Assembly (NCBI GenBank): GCA_034505955.1
Contig: JAPDQK010000031.1
Location: 2,320 to 66,319 of the forward strand
Reading direction: 5' to 3'
DNA from: Candidatus Zhuqueibacter pondensis
GTDB lineage: Bacteria > Zhuqueibacterota > Zhuqueibacteria > Zhuqueibacterales > Zhuqueibacteraceae
Length of the DNA: 64,000 bases
Shown: positions 30,601-39,281 of the stretch, in pieces
Position numbering within the stretch: the first letter of the stretch is position 1
Layout: every line of letters starts with the position of its first letter
Translations under genes and position numbers: made by a program
The notes under the pieces: model-generated
The model's database searches: none
The model's input: the letters and a program-made list of their open reading frames with translations, nothing else
What the model was told of the DNA's origin: nothing

Positions 30601-33217
30601 AATCAGCCGCAACCCATTTGAAAAGGATAACCACATCATTCGAATCTTTCAAACCAATGGTGCCGCTGCCGAGCTTGTCAACGACCATATTGTTGCCCAC
30701 ATTGAAATCGGTATCGAAGATTTCATAAGTCGGCTTCACGCCATATCGCTTAAAAAACCTGTCGGCGCGAAAGGCAATGGTTTGGTATTGGCGCGGGCCG
30801 ATTTTCGCGCCATCGGGGAAGTGAACAAAGAAATCATCCTCGTCCACCTCCAGGGAATCACGGCCCTTGACGATACGGGTGTAGCTGTTTCTCCGTAATT
30901 TGCCATTCGGCATTCTATAATCACCATTATCGGCCAGAAAGTAATTGGCAAGCTCAATTGTTTTTGAGGAAGAAGGATTAAAGATTTCAATGAACTCAGC
31001 CGAAGCCGGCCACACACAAACTTCCGAAATCAGCAAATGCTCCTGAGGCAAAAAAGGGCCGGGCCCAACAGGATTTCTGAAGCCAATGGAAGGTTTGGTG
31101 CGGCTGATAAAGCTGCCAGGATCTGTCAGGATGCTGCCGGTAGAGTCGGGATTGAGTTCGTAAGAAAATCCTTCCTTCGCAAAGGCAACAAATTTGCCTT
31201 TCGGCCACAGCCTGGCTTGTACGGCAATGTTTTCAATCTTTGTCACACGACCGCCAATTTGGATGAAATCAACCATGCGGCAGGGCTCGTCAAAACCGGC
31301 AACTTCACCCGTCGTGATCTGCTGCACCAGCGCGATCGCAAACGGAAAGGTGTTGATGTTCCCGGGACCTCCCAAAGTCATGTTGGTTGCCGAAGTACTG
31401 TTATTCCCCCAAAATCGAAAAGGTTCTAAAACTAAAGTTTTGGAAGGCAGACCTGTGAATACATTTCCTCGATCGTTTTTACCTTGCCCCAGCCAGTGAA
31501 CCACTAACAGACCACCCGGCGCCAATCGAATGCCCTGGGGAAATGCCCAGTAAGTATCCAGCACACCACGCCTGATCCACAGCGCAAAACCATCCAGTGA
31601 AATCGTGTCGGCTGTGCTAATATTCTTCAATTCGATCTTTTCTGTGCCGAATTCAAATCGTAAACCTGGGCCCTGTCCCAAAGTGTCCACAACAAAGTCA
31701 TTGAAATTGGGATCATACAGGATTTCATTGATGACGACCTCATGAATGCTGGGGAACGCAGAAATCGTAAGGGAATCGACACCAACGGCTTGGTTGCCAA
31801 GAGCATCAACCACAGTGCAAGATGCGATCAATTTATTATTACCGGAAGACAATGGCACCCTCACCATCACCATGGTGTCAGAGCTGGCCGGCTGAATGCC
31901 ATTCACATTATATTGAATCGTGTAGGGAGGAATACCACCGGTTATGCGAGTGACCGCGGTGACGGTGACACTGTCGTCACAGACAAATGCACTATCACGC
32001 GGGGAAATAATGGTGAGCTGACATGACAGGTTTTCTTCGAGACTGAAGAGATAAACGGCTCCGGCGTTGGATGCTTCCGTATCGTCGAAAGGTGCCCCGA
32101 TCAAGACTTTGTTACCAACGGCTGCTATTGAGTATCCGAACTTGTCTTCGGTGGCAGGAGTCGGGTTCTGGAAAGTTCCAAGCAGCGTGCCAGTCGCAGC
32201 ACTGAAACGGTGGACAGCCCCGGCGTCGGTTGCGCCGGCGTCATCGCTGGGCGCTCCAATGAGAATCATGTCACCAATTGTTGTAATCGCAGCACCGAAT
32301 TCATCTCCGGTATCAGGAGTGGGATTCGGAAAATTTTCGAGCACACTTCCCGTGGTGGCATCAAAGAGATAAACCACTCCAGCACCGGTTGCACCCATGT
32401 CATCAAAAGGCGCTCCGAGGAGAACGTTGTCACCAAAGGCTGCGACGGAAAAGCCCAATCCGCTGCCGCCAACTCGAGGCTGATTCATGAAAATGTTCAT
32501 CAATTGACCGCTGTAACCATCAAAGAGATAAGCAGCGCCGGCGTCGGTTACTGCTTTGTCACGATCGAAAGGTGCTCCAACGACGAAGTTGCTGCCAACA
32601 GCAGTAAGGGAATATCCGAAGCGATCACCGCCACCCGGAAACGGATTGGGGATCGTTAGGAGACGTTCACCGGTAGTGGCATCGAATACATAGACCGTTC
32701 CGGCATCAGGAGCGCTGGTGTCATCAAAAGGGGCTGCAATGATGATCTTGTTACCAACAACAGCGATCGAAGAGCCAAAGCGATCGAACACATTTGGAAA
32801 CGGATTCCGGATGGTCAGAAGTTGCTCGCCGGAGGTACCATCGAAAAGATAGACCGCACCGGCATCTGTTGAATCCGTATCGTCAAATGGCGCTCCGATA
32901 AGGATCTTGCTGCCGAGCGTGGCGACTGAGTAGCCGAATTGGTCATCGTTGTCAGGAGTCGGATTCAGAAAAGTCCGCAGGTGCGCGCTGGTTCCGCCAT
33001 CAAAGAGATATGCGGCTCCGGCTATGATTTCGCCGATAGTGTCGCCGGGCGCGCCGATGAGGAGATTATCATCAACGGTCGTGACCGCATAACCGAATCG
33101 GCCCGAGGCCGTGCGATTAGGGCTGAAGAACGTTTGCAGCGGCTGTGGCATTTGCGCCAGCGCATGGCCGGCAAGCACGAATAAGGCCGCAAGAACGAGG
33201 AAAGTTGTCTTGTTCAT
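27668..33217 (-). CDS. Giant secreted surface protein: 7-bladed FG-GAP (integrin-alpha-like) propeller, two lamin-tail domains, CARDB/Ig-like and carboxypeptidase-regulatory-like domains, dockerin-like Ca-binding loops, a cohesin-like domain and CTD
   Basis: 1849 aa with signal MNKTTFLVLAALFVLAGHALAQ. Seven FG(Y/S)S(V/I)A..G..(L/I)IGAP.DD....DAGAVYLFD repeats. LTD motifs VVINEILYDPN and LLISEVCVWPASAEFIEIFNPS. DVDGSGSVTLNDV and DVNQNQIVDPED loops. Cohesin-like LEVAPGEVFNLPLRI...IDLAFDPTQLE. CTD NYPNPFS...IFNVLGQSV...WNGRD...GVYIIRLEA...KLALLK. Confidence 0.8.
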   Translation of the reverse strand: MNKTTFLVLAALFVLAGHALAQMPQPLQTFFSPNRTASGRFGYAVTTVDDNLLIGAPGDTIGEIIAGAAYLFDGGTSAHLRTFLNPTPDNDDQFGYSVATLGSKILIGAPFDDTDSTDAGAVYLFDGTSGEQLLTIRNPFPNVFDRFGSSIAVVGNKIIIAAPFDDTSAPDAGTVYVFDATTGERLLTIPNPFPGGGDRFGYSLTAVGSNFVVGAPFDRDKAVTDAGAAYLFDGYSGQLMNIFMNQPRVGGSGLGFSVAAFGDNVLLGAPFDDMGATGAGVVYLFDATTGSVLENFPNPTPDTGDEFGAAITTIGDMILIGAPSDDAGATDAGAVHRFSAATGTLLGTFQNPTPATEDKFGYSIAAVGNKVLIGAPFDDTEASNAGAVYLFSLEENLSCQLTIISPRDSAFVCDDSVTVTAVTRITGGIPPYTIQYNVNGIQPASSDTMVMVRVPLSSGNNKLIASCTVVDALGNQAVGVDSLTISAFPSIHEVVINEILYDPNFNDFVVDTLGQGPGLRFEFGTEKIELKNISTADTISLDGFALWIRRGVLDTYWAFPQGIRLAPGGLLVVHWLGQGKNDRGNVFTGLPSKTLVLEPFRFWGNNSTSATNMTLGGPGNINTFPFAIALVQQITTGEVAGFDEPCRMVDFIQIGGRVTKIENIAVQARLWPKGKFVAFAKEGFSYELNPDSTGSILTDPGSFISRTKPSIGFRNPVGPGPFLPQEHLLISEVCVWPASAEFIEIFNPSSSKTIELANYFLADNGDYRMPNGKLRRNSYTRIVKGRDSLEVDEDDFFVHFPDGAKIGPRQYQTIAFRADRFFKRYGVKPTYEIFDTDFNVGNNMVVDKLGSGTIGLKDSNDVVILFKWVAADSSDLVDDVDYVVWNSTPRSGEEINKTGLAIDGMDADAIPSVYGSDGERVIPIFHGIAMIPLGKCSPLSQHSLLKSWQRRPDPREFDEILRGGNGLAGHNEISENLGCAFFEALATPNKGTKGLDLEYAGSAITETVVNGEANGVVNPGEKIALKIRLKNYGSEDTGPLFSILKTFEPTITIGPDSVSTFNNIAPGDSVFSNDIYEFTAANAPLPDTLHFILLVIQKTSPGLQKSFEMNVAATPPSDNVTNVVFGLPGDNVSLKMINIVPTLVIQCQDTLLQIAHQLKHILQSGATAATITGRVLDFNHDLIEYDITGSTLFYGDLAPNQPTMMEPPPVFKFVTKVPFLGTEAPAIKFEFSWYEGQGGGNRVTRQLDFKWEPLESFEVRGAIKYFNLDAKRVQGARVKLVTQGRLRDSQTTGSNGEFVFHTMKSDAGTYKITVTHSGVPVNAISSDDVNRAMDLADTQPGRQGSCTGNNEEVYARIAADVDGSGSVTLNDVTRINNRKSPCDRFPVGKDWIFIDPITSVDPSKVATPTDNLTFVLQNYNFQGLNFVGILYGDVNGDANLGASLENTTTCAHFDITGTVRYAQSTGIPVGNTEVTLDGGSFDKLTTAADGIYRFLGVLGGNTYIVTPSKTGGIGSAINSADLTLLRKHFSGQPLNNWQSLLADVNQNQIVDPEDSTLLKHFIGGQVQLGVGYTGQWRFDPVCKTYQSLNSNQSQDFVALLLGDIDGNWIPSSSSRIATESNQTIYPFLHDLEVAPGEVFNLPLRIAPEQRIYSARIDLAFDPTQLEMLAVAKCKPLETGKLNYQQKPGRLEAVLSSVGPAPSAGEVAIVTFRATGKVGESSLLELKKFSVNDGPVMEASARISLIKKIPKEFFLSQNYPNPFSQIPRFAGNPATTIAYGLPVEARVRLQIFNVLGQSVITLVDKQQEAGYYHLAWNGRDQNDRSLSTGVYIIRLEAGKFSQVRKLALLK

Positions 33218-33224
33218 AAAAACC

Positions 33225-35273
33225 TCACCGGATCAACGCCATTTTCTTCGTCACTTGTGTTCCTCCGGCACGCAAGCTGTAGACATACACACCGGCCGCC
33301 ACCTGACGGCCAGATTCATCGCGGCCATCCCACTCGGCGCGATGCGAGCCGGTTGGCAGGTCGGCATCAACCAGCGTGCGCACCAATTGGCCGAGCAGGT
33401 TGTAAATTTTCAGCTCGATCATCCCCGCTGTGGCTGGTTGAACTTCATACGGCGGGACATCGAAGTAAATCGTGGTGGCGCTGCGAAAGGGATTGGGCCA
33501 GTTTTGACTGAGCGCAAAATTTTGCGGCACTGGCGTGAGATCCAGAACCAAATCAACGCGCCCTTTAAGGATCATATCCGATACCACCACATCCGCCCGG
33601 CTGCCTTCCGGACCTTCAAAGGCTATATTCATCGTATTTGTGCCTTCTTGCATATAGCGGATCATATCAATCGTCATTTCACCATGGATCGGCATCGTGA
33701 AAGTATTGTTTGTTTGGCGTCCGGTATTGAGTTCGGCGCTCAAAGTGAATTCGTGACCATTCAGATTCACCACGATACGGCGCACGCCCTGATTATTGAG
33801 GTAGAAGTAACGATCGGCTGAGACCAGCTCCACCTGATACTCGAAGATGCGAAGTTCCGGCCGCAGCGTCAGGAAAACCGGATCATACATGATCTGATTG
33901 CCGCACATGTCGACCACGCGCAGAGAGAATCGAAACGGCTGGGTCTCATCAATGACGGAGGCAACGACATGTACGGGATTGGTATCGCCGGTCGGAAACC
34001 GTGGTATATCAACATTGGCGTTGACAACATCCTGGTAGCGCAAAAGGCGAATCCCACTGCCAACATCTTGCGCCACCATCTCAAAACTCTTCGGCGGTCC
34101 GAGATTGATTGCCACCAGCTCACAGGTCGGAGGATCGGAATCGAAGATCGCCGGTATAACGCCGGGCAAAGTGGCAAAGATTGCCTGCGTGACTTGTATG
34201 GAATCTCCGGGTGAGATCGAGAGCGCGTTTTCGCGAGTAGCGCCCCAGAAATATTGGATCGCATTATCGCCACCCACCAGGCCGGCATTGGGGTCAGCTT
34301 TGGTCGTAACATTTAAATCAGGATGAATTGTATAATCAAAGGCCTTGAAATAGGCCAGCAGCCAGGAGACTTGCTGCATGCGAACCGGCTGAAACGGCGA
34401 TCGCATCAGGTTGGGTGGCGTCAGCCCCGAGCCATAAACATTGTACGCCGGCGGCGCGGCGTTGATGGAATCATTGGCCTCGGCCATATAGAAAGCGAAA
34501 TTGATCCAATCAAAATTAGCTTCATTCTCGCCAAAACTGCTGTTGAGAGCTTTCTCGCTCAGCAGCGGCCCATCATCGCCGGCAACAGCCAAGTCCCAAA
34601 AATAGCGGATACCAATATCGATGGAGCGCTTGCCGGTGTTCTTGACGATCGTGGTGATTTCCACCCATGAGTCGTTGAAGTTGCTGCCATGCACATCGAT
34701 CTGCTGCGTAATTTCCATGGTGTCCGGAACCGAGGCCAGACCCGGCAGCGAATATTTAGTTCTATAGCCGGTGTTGTTCATTCCGGTGATGATCGGCGTC
34801 ATGAAATTGTCTGCGCTCGCGATCGAGTCTTCGTTGAAGAAAACGCTGTCAAGCCAGACGGGATTGAATGGAGCGGCGCTGGTGGCAAACTCGGATTGAA
34901 CATAGTCCCGGTTCGAGCGGTAGGAGCGAATCGTGGTGTAACTGGTGCCGGTTTGACCCTTGCTGCCGCCCACCAGCAGGTCTTGCTTTATTTTCTGTGG
35001 ATTGCTGCGCGCATCTGTCGTGATCGGGTGTTCGGAGCCGGTTCTGACTGAATACAAGCCAACGCCTGCTCCAACAATATCCTCGACCACAATCTCATAA
35101 ACCTGGTTGCCGGCAGTCTTACTAACCTGGCTGAGGTATTTCGCCTTATTTAATTTTTGTGCCTGCGCCGGCAAATTATGCGCCACCGCGACCACAAGCA
35201 CGAGAAGCCAGAAGAGCCCGCGACATGAGCTGCGCAAACAAAGGTGCATTTTCCTGAGCGAGAATACTGGCAT
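33225..35273 (-). CDS. Secreted protein of unknown function with CTD, first gene of the five-gene operon
   Basis: About 682 aa from the ATG at 35273, which has an AGGAGA RBS 7 nt upstream. The ORF track extends to 35369. Signal-like LFWLLVLVVAVAHNLPAQAQ. No motif I can place. CTD NWPNPFRSATTIYF...IYNLLGQLV...WDGRDESGRQVAAGVYVYSLRA...KKMALIR. Confidence 0.7.
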   Translation of the reverse strand: MPVFSLRKMHLCLRSSCRGLFWLLVLVVAVAHNLPAQAQKLNKAKYLSQVSKTAGNQVYEIVVEDIVGAGVGLYSVRTGSEHPITTDARSNPQKIKQDLLVGGSKGQTGTSYTTIRSYRSNRDYVQSEFATSAAPFNPVWLDSVFFNEDSIASADNFMTPIITGMNNTGYRTKYSLPGLASVPDTMEITQQIDVHGSNFNDSWVEITTIVKNTGKRSIDIGIRYFWDLAVAGDDGPLLSEKALNSSFGENEANFDWINFAFYMAEANDSINAAPPAYNVYGSGLTPPNLMRSPFQPVRMQQVSWLLAYFKAFDYTIHPDLNVTTKADPNAGLVGGDNAIQYFWGATRENALSISPGDSIQVTQAIFATLPGVIPAIFDSDPPTCELVAINLGPPKSFEMVAQDVGSGIRLLRYQDVVNANVDIPRFPTGDTNPVHVVASVIDETQPFRFSLRVVDMCGNQIMYDPVFLTLRPELRIFEYQVELVSADRYFYLNNQGVRRIVVNLNGHEFTLSAELNTGRQTNNTFTMPIHGEMTIDMIRYMQEGTNTMNIAFEGPEGSRADVVVSDMILKGRVDLVLDLTPVPQNFALSQNWPNPFRSATTIYFDVPPYEVQPATAGMIELKIYNLLGQLVRTLVDADLPTGSHRAEWDGRDESGRQVAAGVYVYSLRAGGTQVTKKMALIR

Positions 35274-35664
35274 GGTCCGATCTCCTAAAAGTAAATAGGG
35301 GGCAAATCTCCGAACCTCCCAAATTTTAAAAAGAATCTTGTTCAAAGACTTCCTACCTTTTATAGACACAAAAACAGTGAATTCTCTCCTGACTTTAAAA
35401 AAATTTTACCCCTGACTTCAGGTTTACATCGGCGGCCATAAGCTCTACGGCCATGCGTTTCAGAAGCAAACTATGGATAAATTGAGGTGCGGGGGGAAAC
35501 GATCTTGCGCTCTATTTGCTTTTTTACAACGAAAATTAGCTCATCTCAGAGAAGTTAAGGGGAAAAATGTAACAAAATGTACATAACTCGAGCGCAAAAG
35601 TCAAGCTTCAAATCAACTCAGGAACGAGGTTTTTAAATTGGAAAGACAGAAACTTCCTAGTTTT

Positions 35665-35886
35665 TATACTCGTTTAGGGTGAAAATTTCGCTGCGATGTC
35701 ATTCAGGAGGCCTGCGGCTGTAAGCTACGCCCGCAGGGAATCTTTTTACGCATGAAGTAAAGCGTGAATTTCTAACGTGTTAGTTGATGCTGAAAAAGAT
35801 TCACTGCGGGCGTAGTCTACAGACGCAGTCTTCCAGAATGACAGACGAGTTTGGTAGCATGCAAAAACTAACCCTAAACCAGTATA
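35665..35886 (-). mobile_element. MITE family 2, copy b (inverted relative to copy a)
   Basis: tatactcgtttagggtg...accctaaaccagtata. The reverse complement aligns with 18970-19177 apart from a few substitutions and one ~14-nt indel. Confidence 0.85.
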
Positions 35887-36202
35887 ACTTTTATCTGAAA
35901 CGGAGGTGATCACAACAGAGCGGGGAGCGTGATCAAATCAAGAACAGACCCCATCCCCGGAAACTCACGAGCCATGAGCAGAGACAACACTTCTTCCTTG
36001 TATTTTCCAATAGATAAACTACGCACACCGGGATTAGCCTGCGGAAAATCGCCGTTTCGTGAGCCGCGTCTCGGTAAATTTCAAATTGAACAAAGCAACA
36101 ATTTACTTCGTCTTTCGTAAGAGACACTGGTCTTCAAAAAACATGACACAGAAGTCATTCATCCAACCCAATCAAATAATCAGGAAGGAGGCAGTGAAGT
36201 CC

Positions 36203-38944
36203 ATGCAAAAAAACCACATCATGACGTTTTTCCTGCTGTTGAGCTTGCCGGTGTTGGCGTTCGCAATGCCACAAGCCAGCCAGGAGATCGACATTCCCTA
36301 CCAGAAATTCGTTCTCCCCAATGGGTTGACGCTCATCGTTCACGAGGATCATAAAGCGCCAATTGTGGCGGTGAATGTCTGGTATCATGTCGGCTCCAAA
36401 AACGAAAAGCCCGGCAAGAGTGGCTTTGCGCACCTGTTCGAGCATCTGATGTTCAACGGCAGCGAAAATTTCAATGATGATTATTTCAAGGCGATGGAGA
36501 GAATTGGGGCCACGGATTTGAACGGCACCACCAACGAAGATCGCACCAATTATTTTCAGAATGTGCCCACTTCGGCGCTCGACATCGCGCTGTGGATGGA
36601 ATCCGATCGCATGGGGCATTTGCTGGGTGCCATCGACCAAGCCAAGCTCGATGAGCAGCGCGGCGTGGTGCAAAATGAGAAGCGGCAATACGAAAACGAG
36701 CCTTATGGCGTGACCGAAGAACTCATCACCAAGAGCACCTGGCCAGCCGGCCATCCCTATTCCTGGACCGTGATCGGCTCGATGGAAGATCTCAATGCCG
36801 CCTCTCTCGATGACGTCAAGGATTGGTTCAAGACATATTATGGCCCGGCCAATGCGGTCCTCGTTGTAGCCGGTGACATCGACGCCGCAACGGCCAAGGC
36901 GAAAGTGGAAAAATATTTTGGTGATATTCCCTCCGGCCCGCCGATTGCGAAACATGACGTGTGGATTGCCAGGCGCACCGGCACGCAGCGCCAACAGGTG
37001 CAGGATCGCGTGCCACAAGCACGCATTTTCAAAGTATGGAATGTTCCTCAATGGGGCTCGGCGGAGAACGATTATCTCACGCTCGTGGCCAGAGTATTGA
37101 GCGACGGCAAAACCTCGCGCCTGTACAAACGTTTGGTTTACGACGATCAAACGGCGACCAATGTGTCGGCATACATCGATTCCCGGGAAATCGCCGGACA
37201 ATTTTATATCGATGCGATGGCCAAGCCCGGCCAAGATTTGGCCAAGATAGAAAAAGCTATTGATGAAGAGTTGGCCAAATTTTTGGCTGAAGGCCCGACT
37301 GAGGTCGAGCTGCAACGTGTGAAAACGCAGTACGAAGCCCGCTTCGTTCGCGGCATCGAGCGCATCGGCGGCTTCGGCGGCAAGTCCGATATTCTGGCGA
37401 TGAATCAAGTTTATGGCGGCAGTCCGGATTATTACAAAACCACGCTGCAACGCGTGCGCGAGGCGACGGCGCAAAATCTGCTTACCGCTGCCAAACAATG
37501 GCTCACCGATGGTGTTTACATTCTCGAAGTGCATCCGTTCCCGGAATACAAAACCGCCAAGTCCGAGGTCGATCGGTCAAAGTTGCCAACTGCCGGTGCG
37601 GCGCCGGAGGTGAAATTCCCGACATTGCAGCGCGCGACCCTGTCGAACGGATTGAAGATTATTTTGGCCGAGCGGCCCTCCATTCCGGTCGTCAATTTCA
37701 ACCTGCTCGTCGATGCCGGTTATGCCGCGGATCAGTTGGCTGTTCCAGGCACTGCAAGTCTGGCGATGGATATGCTGGATGAAGGCACGAAGACCAGAAC
37801 TTCGCTGCAAATCAACGAACAGTTGGCCTTGCTTGGCGCCAATCTCGGCACCGGCTCCAATCTGGATGTCTCCTCGGTTTCGCTCTCGGCCCTTAAATCC
37901 AATCTCGATGCTTCGTTGGACATCTATGCCGATGTGATCCTCAATCCTTCGTTTCCGGAGGCTGATTTCGCGCGATTGCAAAAGCTCCAGATTGCCCGCA
38001 TTCAACAGGAGCAAGCTTCGCCATTCTCCATGGCGCTGCGGGTTCTCCCCAAACTGATATATGGAAAAGACCATGCGTATGGAAATCCGTTCACAGGTTC
38101 CGGCACGGCAGAATCCGTTGCCAAGTTGACACGCGCCGATTTGATCAAATTCCATCAGACCTGGCTCAAGCCGAACAATGCGACCTTGATCATTGTCGGT
38201 GCCACCACGATGGCGGAGATCAAGCCGAAATTGGAGAAGCTGTTCAGCGCCTGGAAGCAAGGCGAGGTGCCCAGGAAAAATATCGGCACGGTGGCGATGC
38301 CGGCCAAATCGGTGGTGTATCTGATGGATCGTCCCGGTTCTCTGCAATCGGTCATCATCGCCGGGCACGTGGCACCGCCGAGCAATAATCCTGATGAGAT
38401 TGCAATCACGACCATGAACCGAATTCTCGGCGGCGAGTTCACCTCGCGCGTCAACATGAACCTGCGCGAAGACAAGCATTGGTCGTATGGGGCGCGGACG
38501 ATAATCCAAGGCGCTCGCGGCCAACGCCCGTTTCTCGGCTATGCGCCCGTACAATCCGATAAAACCAAAGAATCGCTGTCGGAAATGTTGAAGGAATTGC
38601 GCGACATCGTCGGCAGCCGTCCCATCACCAATGAGGAGTTTGTCAAAGTGCAAAGCAATCAGACGCTTCAGCTCCCGGGTCGATGGGAGACCATGGCCGC
38701 GGTGGGTGGTGCCATCAGCCAGATCGTCCAATATGGCTTGCCGGACAATTATTTCCAGACTTATGCGGAAAAAGTTCGCGCGTTGAAGCTTGCGGATGTC
38801 TCTGCGGCTGCGAAGAAAGTGGTTCATCCCGACAATCTCGTGTGGGTGGTCGTCGGCGACCGCTCCAAAATCGAAGCCGGTGTGCGCGAGCTGGGATTGG
38901 GGGAAATTCGGTTTATTGATACCGAGGGCAATCTGGTTCAATAG
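36203..38944 (+). CDS. M16 (pitrilysin/insulinase) family zinc peptidase, fused two-pair form
   Basis: HxxEH zinc motif HLFEHLMFNGS with downstream NEDRTNY. Second inactive M16-like half. Signal peptide MQKNHIMTFFLLLSLPVLAFA. Start chosen at the ATG at 36203 behind AGGAAGGAGG. The ORF track begins at 36059. Confidence 0.88.
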   Translation: MQKNHIMTFFLLLSLPVLAFAMPQASQEIDIPYQKFVLPNGLTLIVHEDHKAPIVAVNVWYHVGSKNEKPGKSGFAHLFEHLMFNGSENFNDDYFKAMERIGATDLNGTTNEDRTNYFQNVPTSALDIALWMESDRMGHLLGAIDQAKLDEQRGVVQNEKRQYENEPYGVTEELITKSTWPAGHPYSWTVIGSMEDLNAASLDDVKDWFKTYYGPANAVLVVAGDIDAATAKAKVEKYFGDIPSGPPIAKHDVWIARRTGTQRQQVQDRVPQARIFKVWNVPQWGSAENDYLTLVARVLSDGKTSRLYKRLVYDDQTATNVSAYIDSREIAGQFYIDAMAKPGQDLAKIEKAIDEELAKFLAEGPTEVELQRVKTQYEARFVRGIERIGGFGGKSDILAMNQVYGGSPDYYKTTLQRVREATAQNLLTAAKQWLTDGVYILEVHPFPEYKTAKSEVDRSKLPTAGAAPEVKFPTLQRATLSNGLKIILAERPSIPVVNFNLLVDAGYAADQLAVPGTASLAMDMLDEGTKTRTSLQINEQLALLGANLGTGSNLDVSSVSLSALKSNLDASLDIYADVILNPSFPEADFARLQKLQIARIQQEQASPFSMALRVLPKLIYGKDHAYGNPFTGSGTAESVAKLTRADLIKFHQTWLKPNNATLIIVGATTMAEIKPKLEKLFSAWKQGEVPRKNIGTVAMPAKSVVYLMDRPGSLQSVIIAGHVAPPSNNPDEIAITTMNRILGGEFTSRVNMNLREDKHWSYGARTIIQGARGQRPFLGYAPVQSDKTKESLSEMLKELRDIVGSRPITNEEFVKVQSNQTLQLPGRWETMAAVGGAISQIVQYGLPDNYFQTYAEKVRALKLADVSAAAKKVVHPDNLVWVVVGDRSKIEAGVRELGLGEIRFIDTEGNLVQ

Positions 38945-38996
38945 CAGTAGCCCCGATTTTCTTTTAATATTTCAAAAAAATCGGGGCAGTTGCATT

Positions 38997-39033
38997 AGCC
39001 CGTTTCGGCTGAGCTGAGGCGGGCTTTTTTTTA
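38997..39033 (+). terminator. Rho-independent terminator after the M16 peptidase gene
   Basis: agcccg...cgggct stem followed by a T8 run. It is preceded by a second hairpin gccccgatttt/aaaatcggggc at 38950-38987. Confidence 0.7.
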
Positions 39034-39063
39034 TTACGTGCAATGGGCGAAATGAAAACCTGC

Positions 39064-39092
39064 TTGACTTTTTGGTGCGAGTGATGTATTTT
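39064..39092 (+). promoter_or_regulatory. Sigma-70-like promoter candidate for the MNT-HEPN cassette
   Basis: TTGACT (39064-39069), 17-nt spacer, TATTTT (39087-39092). Confidence 0.35.
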
Positions 39093-39281
39093 GTGTTAAA
39101 GTGACTTTCTAAAGAGTTTATATGGCAGCAATCAAAACACACAATTTCAACAAGCGTCGTTGCATTCATAAGCGGGCCGTCCGTACCGTGGTAAAACAAA
39201 TCGCCGAAAAATTCCAAGCACGAGAATGGATTGACAAAACTGATGGCGAGGTCCATACATAAGATCAATCGACGAACATCC

